From Nitrososphaeria archaeon (GTDB lineage: Archaea; Thermoproteota; Nitrososphaeria; JACIWG01): a DNA stretch of 34,827 nt. The position numbers and the translations under genes were made by a program. The stretch's first letter is position 1; each line of letters opens with the position of its first letter. The DNA lies in the NCBI GenBank assembly GCA_963752255.1, contig CAVVXT010000011.1:1-34827 (forward strand). Direction: 5' to 3'. Of this stretch, positions 1-12,256 are shown piece by piece. A model generated the notes under the pieces. The model was not told the origin of the DNA. It did no database searches and was given only the letters and a program-made list of their open reading frames with translations.

Positions 1-1
1 T

Positions 2-690
2 AAACCAGTTCTGCAATGGGGTGATAACAAGTTCATTAAAGAGATAAACAAATCAAAGTTTGTGGTTGCGAATTCGAATTACTGCTTTGATTCTTATAGG
101 AACGCGAACATTAGGGTTGACGCCATAATATATCCTCCCCTAGACTTGGAGCAATTCAGACCAACTACTAGAAGGCCGAGCAGGGACTATGCGATATCGT
201 ATCTCGGAAAGGAGACAGAAGCGAGAACGCTCAGAAAACTTCCAAAGCAGGAATAAGATAAAGATGTTCGGTAGCAAGATTAAGAGCTTAGAACACGATA
301 TCTTGGAACACCCTAATATAGAGATGGTTGGCAGAGTTAACTCGCAGGAGCTCCTCAACCTGTACTCTAATGCTATATTCACAGTCTTCCCGTTTACAGA
401 TGAAGTATTCGGCTACGTGCCAATAGAAAGCATAGCCTGTGGCGAACCCGTACTCACCTCTGACAGACAAGGACCAAGAGAAAGCATACTGAACGGCGTG
501 ACAGGCTGGCTATGCAGAGATGAAAAGGAGATCATTTAAAAAGGCCTACAGTTTGGAAGGAGAGGATTATCCTGCACACGGTGTCCGCTCGGAATGCGTC
601 AAAAGAGCTGCCTTGTTTGGTAGTGGAGTTATAGCAGACAGCTGGGAGAAACTGATAAACGACACCCTTCAATTGAGAGCGATCAAATAG
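2..690 (+). CDS. Glycosyltransferase family 4 (GT-B), C-terminal part, runs off the left edge; two frameshifts (~240-256 and ~536)
   Basis: Joining frames gives ...FVVANSNY...IIYPPLDLEQF...EVFGYVPIESIACGEPVL (GT4 E-x7-E motif)...IIKKAYSLEGEDYPAHGVRSECVKRAALFGSGVIADSWEKLINDTLQLRAIK* (TAG 688-690). Confidence 0.85.
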
Positions 691-794
691 GAGTATTCCC
701 TTCAAATTCAAATAGGAGAACTGATTCTTGGTTGATACTGTGCGTAGGTTCATCTTGTAGTCTTAGTAAAGATTATATTGAAATGACCGCTAAA

Positions 795-2294
795 CTACAA
801 TTCCTTTGTTGGTTCTACTGATCGAGAGACAGCGATAATCCTTATGGTGATTCCGTTACCTAGCAAGGCTGATGGAATAGCTTCTGTCTCTAATGTTCCA
901 TTTAATTTTATTATTCCATAATTGTTGGTGACGAAAGTGCCCCCACTATCCCAGTACCAGCCGAATGGTATCCAAGAAGAATCCCAAACGGATTGCAAAT
1001 ACAGGACATGTAAAAAGTCGTGGGCAAGGCTTTGATCTGATAGGTAGTATTCGTCGTCGCCCATTGTTAACCAACCGCCTGAGCCAACCTTGATGAAGAC
1101 GGGCAAAGTGAGGTTAAGATTACCCTGTAGTTGTGGCATATTCTAGTCCCCATAGGCATAATATGCCAAACCATCTATTGCCATCGTATCTTTGTCAAAT
1201 TTGAAGTATGATTCTCGATAGGATAAACCCAATGTGCCGTCTATTCTCACCGGAGTGTAATCGCTCATCATGTAGTCGCCTTTTATGATGCTTGCCCTTA
1301 GCGGACGAATTTGTTAAGAAGTTATCGGCGTCAAACGGTTGTACTGAATCCTTGGCATAGATATAAATCCCCATCGCTGTATAATATTCTCTTGTATGGT
1401 TCACTGGAGCCAATTGTAACAAGAACTAATCCTTTGTCGTTCATCCAATCATATAGAAAAGATCTACCGTACTTCGAGTTATCCGATATGTATCCATTGT
1501 TACTTGGGTAACTTAGTGGAGCCGGTATTGCGCTCGTAAGACTATTCCCTTTGTTATCCTTAAGTGGGTTTACTAATATTAGAATAATATTCTCCTCCTT
1601 TCTGAGCCAACTGTCCAAGGTCATTGTAGTCTGCTTTATTTATTACAATCCCATACCCTCCAAAGTAATCTACAATGGTTTCTGCTCTATTCAAGCTTTC
1701 ATCAGCCATATATTTAAGGTCATCGAATCTATACAGACTCCTATTGATCTCCTCGACCTATAGCAACAAAGTGCATGCTGTTCGTGCCATTGCCCTGAGC
1801 TTCATATTCGGCTGGACCAACCTCAAGTCAGCCTCTGAGCTAAGGGTCAAATTCACATTCTCAACATCAAGGCTAACGTTCTGAGTTATCACGGGAGCTC
1901 TCGCTGTAGACTCCGTCGGTCTATCATCATCAACCATGCTAAGCATTATGCTGGTAAGTATCCACCCGATTTCCAATTGTATTCTACAGAGCAATTTGCG
2001 ATCTCGCCTTCTCTGACTATGACTTTGTCTGACATTTTCAGACTTGGCGGTTACATTGTTGATTAATACTTCTTTTAGTTCTATCTGTCCTCTTTGCGCT
2101 TTGGCAACGAATTCGAGGGCTTCTTCAGTTTCATTGAACTTGAAAGTTACGTCTCCAATATTAAAGGATGGAGAAGCCGGTCTGTTCTCGAAATAAATTG
2201 TAAAGCCTGAGGTAAAGAGAAGGAGAACAGTCAAAAATACGATGAAGTCTGGAGATTTCAAGAATTTAACATATCCACTTTTATCCTTCTGCAT
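795..2294 (-). pseudogene. Membrane-anchored extracellular protein of unknown function (~500 aa), broken by about 6 frameshifts (true pseudogene or sequencing error)
   Basis: ORFs 1758-2294, 1331-1624, 1195-1422 and 795-1139 are collinear pieces. N-terminal TM helix (FIVFLTVLLLFTSGFTIYF). Alternative frames give continuous protein-like text (EGEIANCSVEYNWKSG; YMADESLNRAETIVDYFGGYGI). Confidence 0.6.
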
Positions 2295-2333
2295 TTCCTA
2301 GTACTCTCCCCAAAAAGTAATACTCTAGTTTTC

Positions 2334-4350
2334 TCAAAGTGGCACAACCTCGATATTATCTAGAGACAAACCCACGTTCGCTGCGACGTCTAACCCTCTG
2401 AATTCCACGTTGGGAGATCTTACTCCTACACTAAAAGGTATCGAGAATGTGTACCATACAAGTGGCCGAGTAATATTACTACCATAAATTTTGAGCCAAG
2501 CTATTTCATTAACTCCCAGATTTGACGAAACATCGAGCACTATAGCCCTTCCGTTCGGTATGCTGTCGAATTTTATCCTGAAGTTGGCAGTGTAGTTGCC
2601 TGGCACCAGTGTTATATAAGGCCCGAACCATGCGATTCCATTTGCAACTGATGACGGGTTATACAAAATTACATTTCCGCTTTCCGAAGACGAATCTTCA
2701 GCCACTGTGCTCATATTTGAGAAGCTTAGTTCATTACTCGAAAACCTTAAGGCAATCTTCGTGGGAGTACCACTGTAGCCATACTTATAAAGTTCTAATC
2801 CAGGACCCTCAACAAATAGCCCATAACTGCTGTTTCCATTTACAAATTCCTTATAGAGAGTATCAGAAACGTCTCTGTCCCAAAAATATGTGTAGAAGAT
2901 ATAATCGTATTTTATGTTTTTAAGGTACTCAAAATCCTCATCGTAAAGATTTGATGAAAGGGCAAATTTATTTGGGATCGTATATGCGTTTAGGTTGGTT
3001 GACAAATGTGGGAAGATTGTTACAGTAGTAATTACTAATGCGCCGTTGGGAATAGACCTCGAAATCACATCAACTTTATTTTCCATAGAAGAAGGGGTTG
3101 AAATGCCATAATCTCTAAAGTATTCGTAATTACCTGGTTTATATATGGGAGATAGAGGAGAAGCGAATACAGCCAAAATTATTCCAAGTGCAAGTAATAA
3201 CAAAGACACCTTTTTTAAGACCCTTTTTGACGATTCTTCGTTTAGTTTATCAGATAGCTGTTTTACTCCTTCTACAGTTGCTATTGTGACAAATGGTAAC
3301 GTGAGAGCTGGGATACTGGAAGCCAAATTCGTAATAAGCCGGATAATTGCTTAGGAATGATAGGAAAAGCCAAGGTATCGAGGGTAATAGTGCGAAAGGC
3401 GAGAGCAAGGAAAGAAAACCGCTTGGCGCGAAAGTCAAAATAACATAAAGCATTTTGTCAGGAAGGTCTACACGGATGGCATTCAGTGCTAGACTAGGAT
3501 TTGTTATAGCCTTTATAGGTATTTCCAGCCAGCTATTAACACCCAGTGTGTTGAAGTGTGAAAGTGCCTCGAGTACAGGCAGGCCATTGGGGTTAATGGC
3601 CTGCACGACAGCGCCTGAGAACATGACCCAAAAAACAGCCATCACGAGGACGATTAAGGGAGCGAGTGAAAACAGCTTAATCCTATTTTGGATAATGGAT
3701 TCTTTAATTTCATTTCTAACTTCCCAAAGTACATAGATGGCATAAATAGCCACTATATATGAAACTTGTTCTAGCGTTGCTAAAGACAGTACAATGCAGA
3801 GCAGAAACAACCAAGGGCTTCGCTTTTTCAGAAAATAAGTGGTCAAGAGAATGAGAAACGGGAAGAATACTTCCGGGTGAAAATCGTACCAGTTAATTCC
3901 CTGTAATGAAGGGTTTAAAAGGTAGGCAGCAGAAATGAATAATGCAGGCAATCGACTTTTTAAATCGTGCATAGCGATAAAATAAATTGGTATTGCTCCC
4001 AAAGCCAAAACAAATGCCTGGACGACAAGCACTGTTTCGACCGTCGGCATAATATAGAAAAAAGGCAAGATCACAAATAGAATTGGTGAAAAGTGAACCC
4101 CAAAATAGCTACCTGGAGTAGCATAGGGTTCTACATTGTAGACGAACAGCCTTCCTTTTGCCGCACTTGCAATAGCTTGAACCAATATGCCGAGATCCCA
4201 GGCGTTACTTCTAAACGAAAGATGCCTTAAAATAGTATAATATGAGAAGATGATACCGTACAAAATTGTCATAGCAATCAAAAGCCACTCGGAGACGGTA
4301 AGTTTCCATATCTTCTTGTTAAACCATTCTTCACCGAATTTAGGTATCAT
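2334..4350 (-). CDS. DUF2079-family polytopic membrane protein (predicted GT-C glycosyltransferase) with C-terminal beta-sandwich/CBM-like domain; one frameshift at ~3310
   Basis: Motifs FRSNAWDLGILVQ, SYFGVHFSPIL, YLLNPSLQGINWYDFHPE, FQYP. Removing one C from TATCCCAGCT joins ORF 3250-4350 to 2334-3326 (FQYP|ALTLPF). C-terminal WFGPYITLVPGNYTANFRIK...VEFRG. Confidence 0.8.
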
Positions 4351-4653
4351 CCTTCAACACTCATGAAGGATAGTCTTATGAACTTTACCTAGTAAATGAT
4401 CATGATTTTGGTTAATGTTGATACACTACCCTTAAACGCTATGGGATTTTGCTTCTGTGAAGTTTTATCCTAACTCATCAATGCTCTTCTCGATTGCATC
4501 CTATGATTTGAACCATTATGAAAGAGGATGCCTGCTGAATTTGGACATTTTCTTTAATGTATTAGAAGAAAGTATATGGATGTATATTTCAGGGTCGTCT
4601 CAGACTTTTTTGGCAAATTAAAAATTAAAAAATGCGTTATGTCATAGCTCTTA

Positions 4654-5502
4654 ATGTTGAAGAAGTTTGCTGTGATATTACCTGTCAAGAATGAGGAGAA
4701 TTTTCTATCGACTTGTCTTGAGAGTCTATTGTCTCAGAGCCGTAAGCCTGATGAGATAGTTATCGTACTTGATAGGTGTACTGACCAAACGCCACAAATA
4801 GCGGCTTTATATTCAAAGAAATATTCAACAATAAGTGTGACGAGCATGCCTTGGAGCCAATATCAAGGCAGACTTTTCAGAGCTCATAGAATAGCGGAGC
4901 TCGCAAACGAAGGAATAAAGAGTACAGGAGGGCAGTATGATTTTATTATGGTAGCCAACGCTGACACATTGTACTCTGAAGGTTATTTAGAAGAGGCTTT
5001 GGAAGTCATGATGGCTGAGCCAAGTTGCGTGATAACAGGTTGGTTGCTCGGAAGAAATATATCCGGTTCTGGCATTATTTACAGGAAGTCTTTCATGGAC
5101 AAAGCTACTGGTGGACTTGTTAAGGAGTGTTTCAATGAGGAATTGTATATGCAAATGAAAGCCAAAAGTATGGGATTCAAAATCATACCTCTAGAAAAGG
5201 CTAAGGGATTACTTCTAAGACAAACGGCTCATGGTAATTTAGACAACCGCATGATGGAAGCAATTAGGGATGGATATGCCATGTATAGTCTTGGCTTTTC
5301 TTTTTATTATACTTTATTAAGGTCCGTTGTCGCTTTACTTGACAGGAAGTTCTTATCTGCTCTTTTTGTGCCATTCGGTTATTCTTATTCAGTACTAAGT
5401 AGAGTTTACAAGTTAGATGTAGCCTATACTAATATTCCTTTGGAAATACAGTACGAAAGAATTTCTATGATTCTAAGAAATTTCAAGTATCAGAAGAAAT
5501 AG
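4654..5502 (+). CDS. Glycosyltransferase family 2 (GT-A)
   Basis: N-terminal VILPVKNEE...CLESLLSQSRKPDEIVIVLDRCTDQT; DxD-equivalent NAD (VANADTLY). Confidence 0.9.
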   Translation: MLKKFAVILPVKNEENFLSTCLESLLSQSRKPDEIVIVLDRCTDQTPQIAALYSKKYSTISVTSMPWSQYQGRLFRAHRIAELANEGIKSTGGQYDFIMVANADTLYSEGYLEEALEVMMAEPSCVITGWLLGRNISGSGIIYRKSFMDKATGGLVKECFNEELYMQMKAKSMGFKIIPLEKAKGLLLRQTAHGNLDNRMMEAIRDGYAMYSLGFSFYYTLLRSVVALLDRKFLSALFVPFGYSYSVLSRVYKLDVAYTNIPLEIQYERISMILRNFKYQKK

Positions 5503-5725
5503 CTTATTATACATAACATAGTACCAATATTAATTACTTTGGGGTCTTTATTAATTGGCCCTGAAATAATAACTTATTAAGATGCTGAACAAATAGAATA
5601 ATGCGGATATGTTAAAGTACATCATAAACATCAGAAACAAAATACTCTGAAATTGAGTGGCATCTAGATTCCTGTCATCAGCTAGGCTCACTTAGGAGAT
5701 ATCTAGGTTAAATAATGGTTTAACC

Positions 5726-6330
5726 ATGGAGTCTATACTCTGTGGTAAAAAGGACGAACAAGAGTTCTGGATACGAGAGAAGATGCTTCTAGGTTACTTA
5801 GATACATGAACAAAGAAAGCATTGTACTATATGTCGGGTGTGGGATGGGTAGAGCTATGAAGTTTGCCACACCTTATTGCAAAGAAATCCACGGTGTCGA
5901 TACATCTACTCTGGCTTTGAGGAGGGAATTGAAAATTGTTTTTTTCATAGAGCCGACTTCAAGAAGGAAGATTTTCTAAACGATGACTCTTTTGACCTTA
6001 TTTATTCCTTTTATGCACTACAGCATATGGAGAAGGAAGACTAATACTTGTGCCTTCGAAGAATATCAAAGCTTTTAAAGGTTGTGTGTATCGCCTATCT
6101 ACAGTTTCCAAGATTTCACTTCAGAATCTTACTTTTCGCTTTTTGAGGAGTACGCGCTAAAAGGAAGCAGATACGCTTCGAGGGTTAGATTCTATACAAT
6201 TCAAGAGATCGGAAAAGTGTTTGAATGTGTTGGATTACGGCTTTTAGTATGCGCAAAAGAGAATGAAAATATATTTGTCACCGGAATAAAGGATACAGAG
6301 AATATTTCAAATAGGAAAAATGAGAGATAA
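5726..6330 (+). pseudogene. Class I SAM-dependent methyltransferase pseudogene
   Basis: Stitched frames read MESILCGKKDEQEFW / SIVLYVGCGMGRAMKFATPYCKEIHGVDTS / FHRADF...DSFDLIYSFYALQHMEKED*YLCLRRISKLLK / DFTSESYF...ER*. At least 3 frameshifts, an in-frame TAA, and a decayed motif I (D to Y). Confidence 0.8.
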
Positions 6331-6346
6331 TTACCTTGGAGGCCTA

Positions 6347-7522
6347 TCATAATACACCTTTAGACATTAATATTTTCCTGAATTTATCTGTAAACTTCCT
6401 TCTAAAAATTTCTTCACTAAAATCTGTTGACCTTTTCTGTGCTCTTAGAGATAAGACTCTATAGGCTTCTTCATTTTCCAACATCATTAGGTAATCAGCT
6501 ATTTCTTCATATTTGTCATAACCATATCCAAAGTAGTCCTGTTTTCTATCTAGAATGTCGTACCAAGGACCTCCTGATTTGTGAACGACAGGTACGCAGC
6601 CGTGCGCCATAGCTTCAACAATTGATATCCCAAATGGTTCGCTCTCGGTCAAATGTAAGTAGACCTTTGCCATGGACAAAACCTCCTGCAATTTATCTTT
6701 AGAGGCGTTGAGCATAAGAATTACCCGACATTCCAAACCAAACAACTTTATTTTTTCACGAACATGTTTTATTAAGACACTTGATATCTCAGATGTGGAC
6801 CCCACTATTATAAATGTCCAATTTTTTGCGCGCTTGGCGATGTCAGGTACTAAGTCAAGTCGTTTTCCAAATGCAAATCTTGATACGGTTAACACTATGT
6901 TCTGTTTATGTGATAAGTTTATTGGAAATGTGGCATCTCTTACATTACATGGAGGATTAAGAACCTCAGTTACAATATGTGTTCCATAAGCTTCCTTGAT
7001 CAATCCTTCAGTAAATTTAGAATTCGCTAATATCAAAGGATGTTTCTTCAGGACCTGGAATTTAGTTACACAATTTGCAAGGCAGTACGCTTTCTGAACA
7101 ACTCTATTCTTAATAGGGTAAGGCGTAAGATAGGGGTATTGCGATGACATAGAGAAAGGCAGTCCTGAATATGTGATGTCAGCAAACGTGTTAAGTGGCT
7201 CAAAATCTCCGTAAGTGTTAACCACGATATCGAAAACTTTTATTTTTCTTCTTAGGAAAAGCAGGAAGTCTAATGCTATAACTGAAGATCTAGCAAAGTT
7301 CGCGTTGACCTCCGTCATTCTAAAGTTTCTAGCAGAGAGTTGGATGTCTGGACGTATGTCATTGCTGAAACGATCTGTAATCTTTTTCCAGTCCGTCTTG
7401 TCAATTGTTAGCATTGTAACAATATCCCCTTCCTGCCTTAGAGCTCCAATTATTGACAGGCAGACTCTCTCAGCGCCTCCCATAAAGTTCAAGGAAGGAT
7501 GGATGACAGCTATTTTAGGCAA
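6347..7522 (-). CDS. Glycosyltransferase family 4, ALG11-like
   Basis: HPSLNFMGGAERV N-terminus, ILANSKFT, VLNPPC, TVSRF, EPFGISIVEAMAHG, HKSGGPWYDIL; TTG start. Confidence 0.9.
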   Translation of the reverse strand: MPKIAVIHPSLNFMGGAERVCLSIIGALRQEGDIVTMLTIDKTDWKKITDRFSNDIRPDIQLSARNFRMTEVNANFARSSVIALDFLLFLRRKIKVFDIVVNTYGDFEPLNTFADITYSGLPFSMSSQYPYLTPYPIKNRVVQKAYCLANCVTKFQVLKKHPLILANSKFTEGLIKEAYGTHIVTEVLNPPCNVRDATFPINLSHKQNIVLTVSRFAFGKRLDLVPDIAKRAKNWTFIIVGSTSEISSVLIKHVREKIKLFGLECRVILMLNASKDKLQEVLSMAKVYLHLTESEPFGISIVEAMAHGCVPVVHKSGGPWYDILDRKQDYFGYGYDKYEEIADYLMMLENEEAYRVLSLRAQKRSTDFSEEIFRRKFTDKFRKILMSKGVL

Positions 7523-7691
7523 TCGAACACCCTATGATTCTATGCTTCATACCGAACTATATATACAATTAAAAGATTCAACAGAAAATCCATTCTTTGA
7601 TTAGATCACCCGAAAGACCACTCATCTACGTTTTGATTAACACTCTTTGTTTCTGTTGTTTGCTGCATTGAAAATAGACAAAAAAATAATC

Positions 7692-8483
7692 TTATGCTTC
7701 CTTGAAACTTTTTTTCACAAACTTGATTATGCACCCTCTTCCGAGGAATCCTAAGTGACTTTTAGAAAGAGTCTCCATTTTTAAACCGATTTTCCTGCAT
7801 AATCGGGGAAATATAGAATTGAGAGGAGCAGGCAAAGGTGAAAAATGGAAATAAGCGACATCAGTCTTCACTAAACCCATTTTTTCTGCCTTTTTTGCTA
7901 AATAATAGGGAACATGGGTTCTAACTTTGGGAAAAGAAGTATCTTTTCTTACAAAAGAAACTAGGTCACCCCAGAAGCCAGCGAACTTCGCAAAGGTTTC
8001 AAAAAACCAGAAAGGTGTTAAGGCATTCGTGACCGATAAGAAGGCGATACCATTAGGTTTGAGGACCCTTGAAATTTCACTGAGTGCTCTATCATCTTGA
8101 TCCAAATATTCTATGACTCCGGCACAAACGATCAAGTCGAAAGACCTGTCAATGAAAGGAAGATTCTCGATGTCTGCAACACATAAAAATGGTTCAGTAA
8201 TTCCAAACCTTAGAGGAAGCTCTTTAGCTTCTTTAACCATAGATGAGGAAATATCAACTCCGAAAACCTCAAATTTTCTTATTGAGAGGTCAACGAGCAT
8301 TATGCCAGAGCCACAGCCAGCATCGAGGGCACACCCTCGGAAATTATCAATCATGTTAAGGATGTAGTTGTGACGAAGATAGAGAACAGGGTACTTGTTA
8401 TCAATCTTCCTGTAATTTTCATCGAAGTAAACGACCGACTTCTTGTCGAAGTACTTCTTGGCTGAATCCTTAACTTGAACCAA
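7692..8483 (-). CDS. Class I SAM-dependent methyltransferase (Methyltransf_11-like)
   Basis: ALDAGCGSG, GVDISSSMV, ADIENLPFIDRSFDLIVC, EISRVLKPNG. Confidence 0.9.
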   Translation of the reverse strand: MVQVKDSAKKYFDKKSVVYFDENYRKIDNKYPVLYLRHNYILNMIDNFRGCALDAGCGSGIMLVDLSIRKFEVFGVDISSSMVKEAKELPLRFGITEPFLCVADIENLPFIDRSFDLIVCAGVIEYLDQDDRALSEISRVLKPNGIAFLSVTNALTPFWFFETFAKFAGFWGDLVSFVRKDTSFPKVRTHVPYYLAKKAEKMGLVKTDVAYFHFSPLPAPLNSIFPRLCRKIGLKMETLSKSHLGFLGRGCIIKFVKKSFKEA

Positions 8484-8495
8484 AGTCTCACCACA

Positions 8496-9533
8496 CTAAG
8501 GCATTTGAAGAGTAATTCCAATAAGAGAGCATTTGAACTTGTAGGATGCGTCATCTGGAACTTGAATACGTCTTAATTCTAAGAGATCTGAATTCTTAGA
8601 AATCCTTCCTGGAATGGTCGAGACAGCGATTAAAATACCATTTTTTTGAAGAATCTCTTTGGTCGTTTGATTAAAGTCGCGCTTTCTGCCGAAGGGATAA
8701 GAAAAGAGCGAGCACGGTTTATTTAAAAAGCTCTCCATAAGTTCTTTAGATTTCGATATTTCTACCTCAGCCATTTCAAGGCTTAGATCAGCCAATTTGA
8801 TGTGATTGTGAGTATGACAACCGAAGGAAACAAGCCCACTTCGGTTAATCTCGATAATTTCCTTCCACATCAAAAATGCCCGTTCTGAAGTTTTGGAGGG
8901 TTGACCAAGTTGACTTTCAATCTCTGAAAGCATATCAAGCCTGTCATTTCCTTTCATACCCAGAAAAATTGAATTCATATTTCTTAAGCAGTCGATCTTT
9001 TGACGATTTAAGGCAATGTCGTATGTACGTAACTCTCCACCTACCTGGACAGTGAAAGACTTATTCGATGCAGTATTTACGAGGTAAGCGAGTCTGTCTT
9101 CCAATTTCGCTTCACCAGTGTTAAGAATTGAAGTAATAGGAAATACAGTACATGATACATTATACTTTATAAAGAAAAGGGTAGGCTATCGAATAAAAAT
9201 CATAGTATCCATCATCAAACGTAATAACAGCTAAATTGGGAGGAAAATTCTTACTGCTTCTGACCATTTCACCCAAGTCTGAAAGACTGATTACTCTTTT
9301 ATTGTGAGCTAGATAATCTATTTGTTTCCTAAAATTCTCAACTGTTACAATGTTATCAGGATATACATATGGACAACTCTTTAAGTTAACACTGTGATAC
9401 ATCAATATTACAGGTTCATTGCGTTAAGAAATGAGATCAGATTATAAAGTCCAGAGAAAAAGGTGAGAAAGCATATGATATTATAAAAGACCTTAATAAC
9501 TTTCTTTGCAAACGCGGTTATCAGATCAAGCAT
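8496..9533 (-). CDS. Polysaccharide deacetylase (NodB/CE4 domain); two frameshifts (~9425, ~9168)
   Basis: ILMYHSV, ITFDDGY, FGCHTHNH, FSYPFG, LRRI. Frames join as PFL|KYNVSCTVFPITS...LEDRLAY. Upstream ATG at 9533 follows a GGAGGA Shine-Dalgarno-like motif. Confidence 0.85.
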
Positions 9534-9673
9534 TGAAAATATGTGTCCTCCCTATATCATCACTTGAATTAGAATAAAAGCATAAAGGTTTTTCCACAAT
9601 GATTGCAGCAACTTATGGACAGATTATCATTCATAGGGGATTTTAAATTCCATTATGCGATCTATGATAACGC

Positions 9674-9840
9674 CTATCCCAACTTCTGGTGAACTTGAAA
9701 TTCCACCATCTTTATTACAATTTTATCTTTGAATAAGTTAGAAGGTATCGCTTCCGTTTACAAGGTTCCCTGAGACTTTGCTATAACGTAGCTATCGTTA
9801 GGAAAGTTCCACAATTACTTAAGTACCAACCACAAGATAT
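9674..9840 (-). pseudogene. Start-less degenerate copy of the 3' end of the 795-2294 gene
   Basis: Reads CGWYLSNCGTFLT / DSYVIAKSQGTL*TEAIPSNLFKDKIVIKMV versus FGWYWDSGGTFVTNNYGIIKLNGTLETEAIPSALLGNGITIRII. Also similar at DNA level (gaaggtatcgcttccgtttacaaggttccc vs gatggaatagcttctgtctctaatgttcca). Confidence 0.75.
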
Positions 9841-9963
9841 ACACAAAAATTTCGAGTGGCGCAAGCAGTTAAATACGAATTCCAATTTATTTTCTAATAA
9901 TATGGAAAATCGATTAGAGATCGCTTTATAACTTATTTATCTTTAGTTTGTAAGACTATTGTT

Positions 9964-12256
9964 GTGATGGAAGGGGCATTGAGCGCGAGAACGAAGTACC
10001 TCGTGATCATTGCTTATTCAGCGTCCATCGTGGTACTATATTCTCTTCCAGTTGGCCTTCAGAATGAATGGTATAATATCTTTTCCTACTTGGGTACGCA
10101 CAAGGTGCTGCCTTACATCGACACAAGGGAGGGATACCCTCCATTAGGTCTTTTGGTGTACATGCCGCTTTATGCGATATTTAAGGGAAACGAGAATCTC
10201 TTTTTCTACGCTCTAAGGGCTGTCAATGGCGCATTCCTAGTTGGAACATTATTCGTTCTGTACTCCATCTTGAATTTAGAGTTTGGGGAAAAAAGGTCTC
10301 TAAAGACGGCACTATACTACGCCGTTCTTCCATCAGTTATCATGGCCAATACCTATTCCAATGACATAATTTCATTGTTGCCAGCGGCCTTAGCAATATA
10401 TATGATGCTCAAGAAAAAGCCGGTGCTATCGGGCCTATTCATCGCACTGGGAACCCTAGGGAAGGGTTATCCGATTTTGCTTGTAATACCGGCCTTATTT
10501 ATGTTTAAAGGTTTCAGGGACAAACTGAAACTATTAGTAGCCACCTTTGCGTCTTTGGCGATCGTCAGCCTCCCATTTGCCCTCCTAAGCCCATTTTCAT
10601 ACATTTCAACTTTCACAAATATTGGGTCAAGGGGTCCATGGGAAACTGTCTGGGCTCTTCTCGATGGCTTTTTTAGTACTGGAGGAATAATGCATCCCTA
10701 CTTCGACAAGTTCTTTTACCAATTCAACTTTCTCAAGATATACAGCCCAAGTCCTTATGACAACGCACTCTACAGTTGGAGGCTTAACTGGCTTCCTGAT
10801 TTCCTCACACTGATGCAGATTTTAGCGATTCTGTTGCTAATTTTCGCGTATATGAATAAGAAAATGAGCCTTTTACAGCTATCTGGCCTACTTTACATTG
10901 CTTACATATTTTTCTTCAAGGGGTACAGTACACAGTTTTCGGTTTCGACCCAATTCTTTGTGCTACTTGCAAGTTCTGGTAACCCACTGACCTATTTAAT
11001 CCCCATCGAAATTGGCCATATCATGCAGATACTGTCTTGGTCGAGCCAAGCCATCGTTCCCGAATTCTTGAAAAACGAGCACCTTCTAATACTTGTTTCT
11101 GGCATAATTCTCAGGAGCGTGGTCTTAGGATTTCTGCTCATCAAGGGTTTGACAAGCTGGAATTACAGTTTTGAACATGTCAGAGATTTTATCGGAAACC
11201 TGATAGGATATTTGGGATTTCTGAGAAGTCGAAAAGTTGTAGCCATGTTTCTGTCTGCTCTGCTCTTTGCATCTTTGGGTCTAGGAATCCTCTACAACTA
11301 TACCGTTAATGACGAAAGTTTTAGGACCATCAGTGGCAGTCTGAACCTATCACAGTCAGAGGTCAGCATTTTGAAGATTGACGGGCTAGAAAAGGGCGAT
11401 TACGTGATGGTTAAGCTGCTTACAAATAATCTAGTGGAATCTACGATCACTCCTTCGGATACACAAATCGAGGAGGGCACTGTAAACCCCATTAACCTAG
11501 AAGGCTCCTTTAACCAGAGCCTTCTCTTCTTTAGAGCCAATTCAAGTTCGTACGGCCTGGCATTATCAATGAGAACCCCCAACATACCGTTCAGAGTGAC
11601 AGACTGGGATGGCAACCTAGACGTCAATATGACAAGCGAGAATTCCAGTTTAATCATTCAATTGCATGACAGGGGCACTGAAGGAGGTAGTAAGATCAGG
11701 ATGGCGTACCCTATTGTGGCACATGTAGGTAAAGATTTCAATTTGACCTTTGACTACCAAATACTCGAGGGAAATGTTTCCAAGGTTTGGTTGGACGTCT
11801 TTGACGATACGGACCAATGGGTATACACATTTAACGCAACAGAAGGCATTATTCTTACACCGCAGACGAAGGATTTAAATGGTTACTCGAACCTGCTTAA
11901 TGACCAAATATCGCTTATAGCTTTTAATATATTCATGGAAGATAACGCCTCCGCGACCATAAGGTTGAACGGAATACATGTGGGAGGGGAAAAGGATATA
12001 ATTTTATACGCTCAAAACAGCGAAGAGGTAAGCTATGAGGTATTCATACAGAGGGATTTTAGGCCTTCTATCGAATATATGGCCTCTCTCATCATTTCGC
12101 TTCGCTTTCGTGTCAGCCGCAATATATTTTATTTTAATTCGCAAGAAGACCCCTACTCTAAGAGGTCTAAGAGGGAAAAGAATATTGAATAATGATCTCC
12201 CTATGCAGGAGAACTCTCCTTACTCGCAGGATATTTTGCTTCCAAAACCTTCTTGA
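9964..12256 (+). CDS. Polytopic membrane protein, GT-C-like (GT87/PIG-M-like N-terminal half) with large extracellular beta-rich domain and C-terminal TM helix; frameshift at ~12100
   Basis: LPYIDTREGYPPLG, YAVLP...NDIISL, LGTLGKGYP are GT-C-type motifs; many hydrophobic segments; many N-x-S/T sequons in the C-terminal half. A shift at TTCGCTTCGC restores a TM anchor (ASLIISL|AFVSAAIYFILIRKK). Confidence 0.65.
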
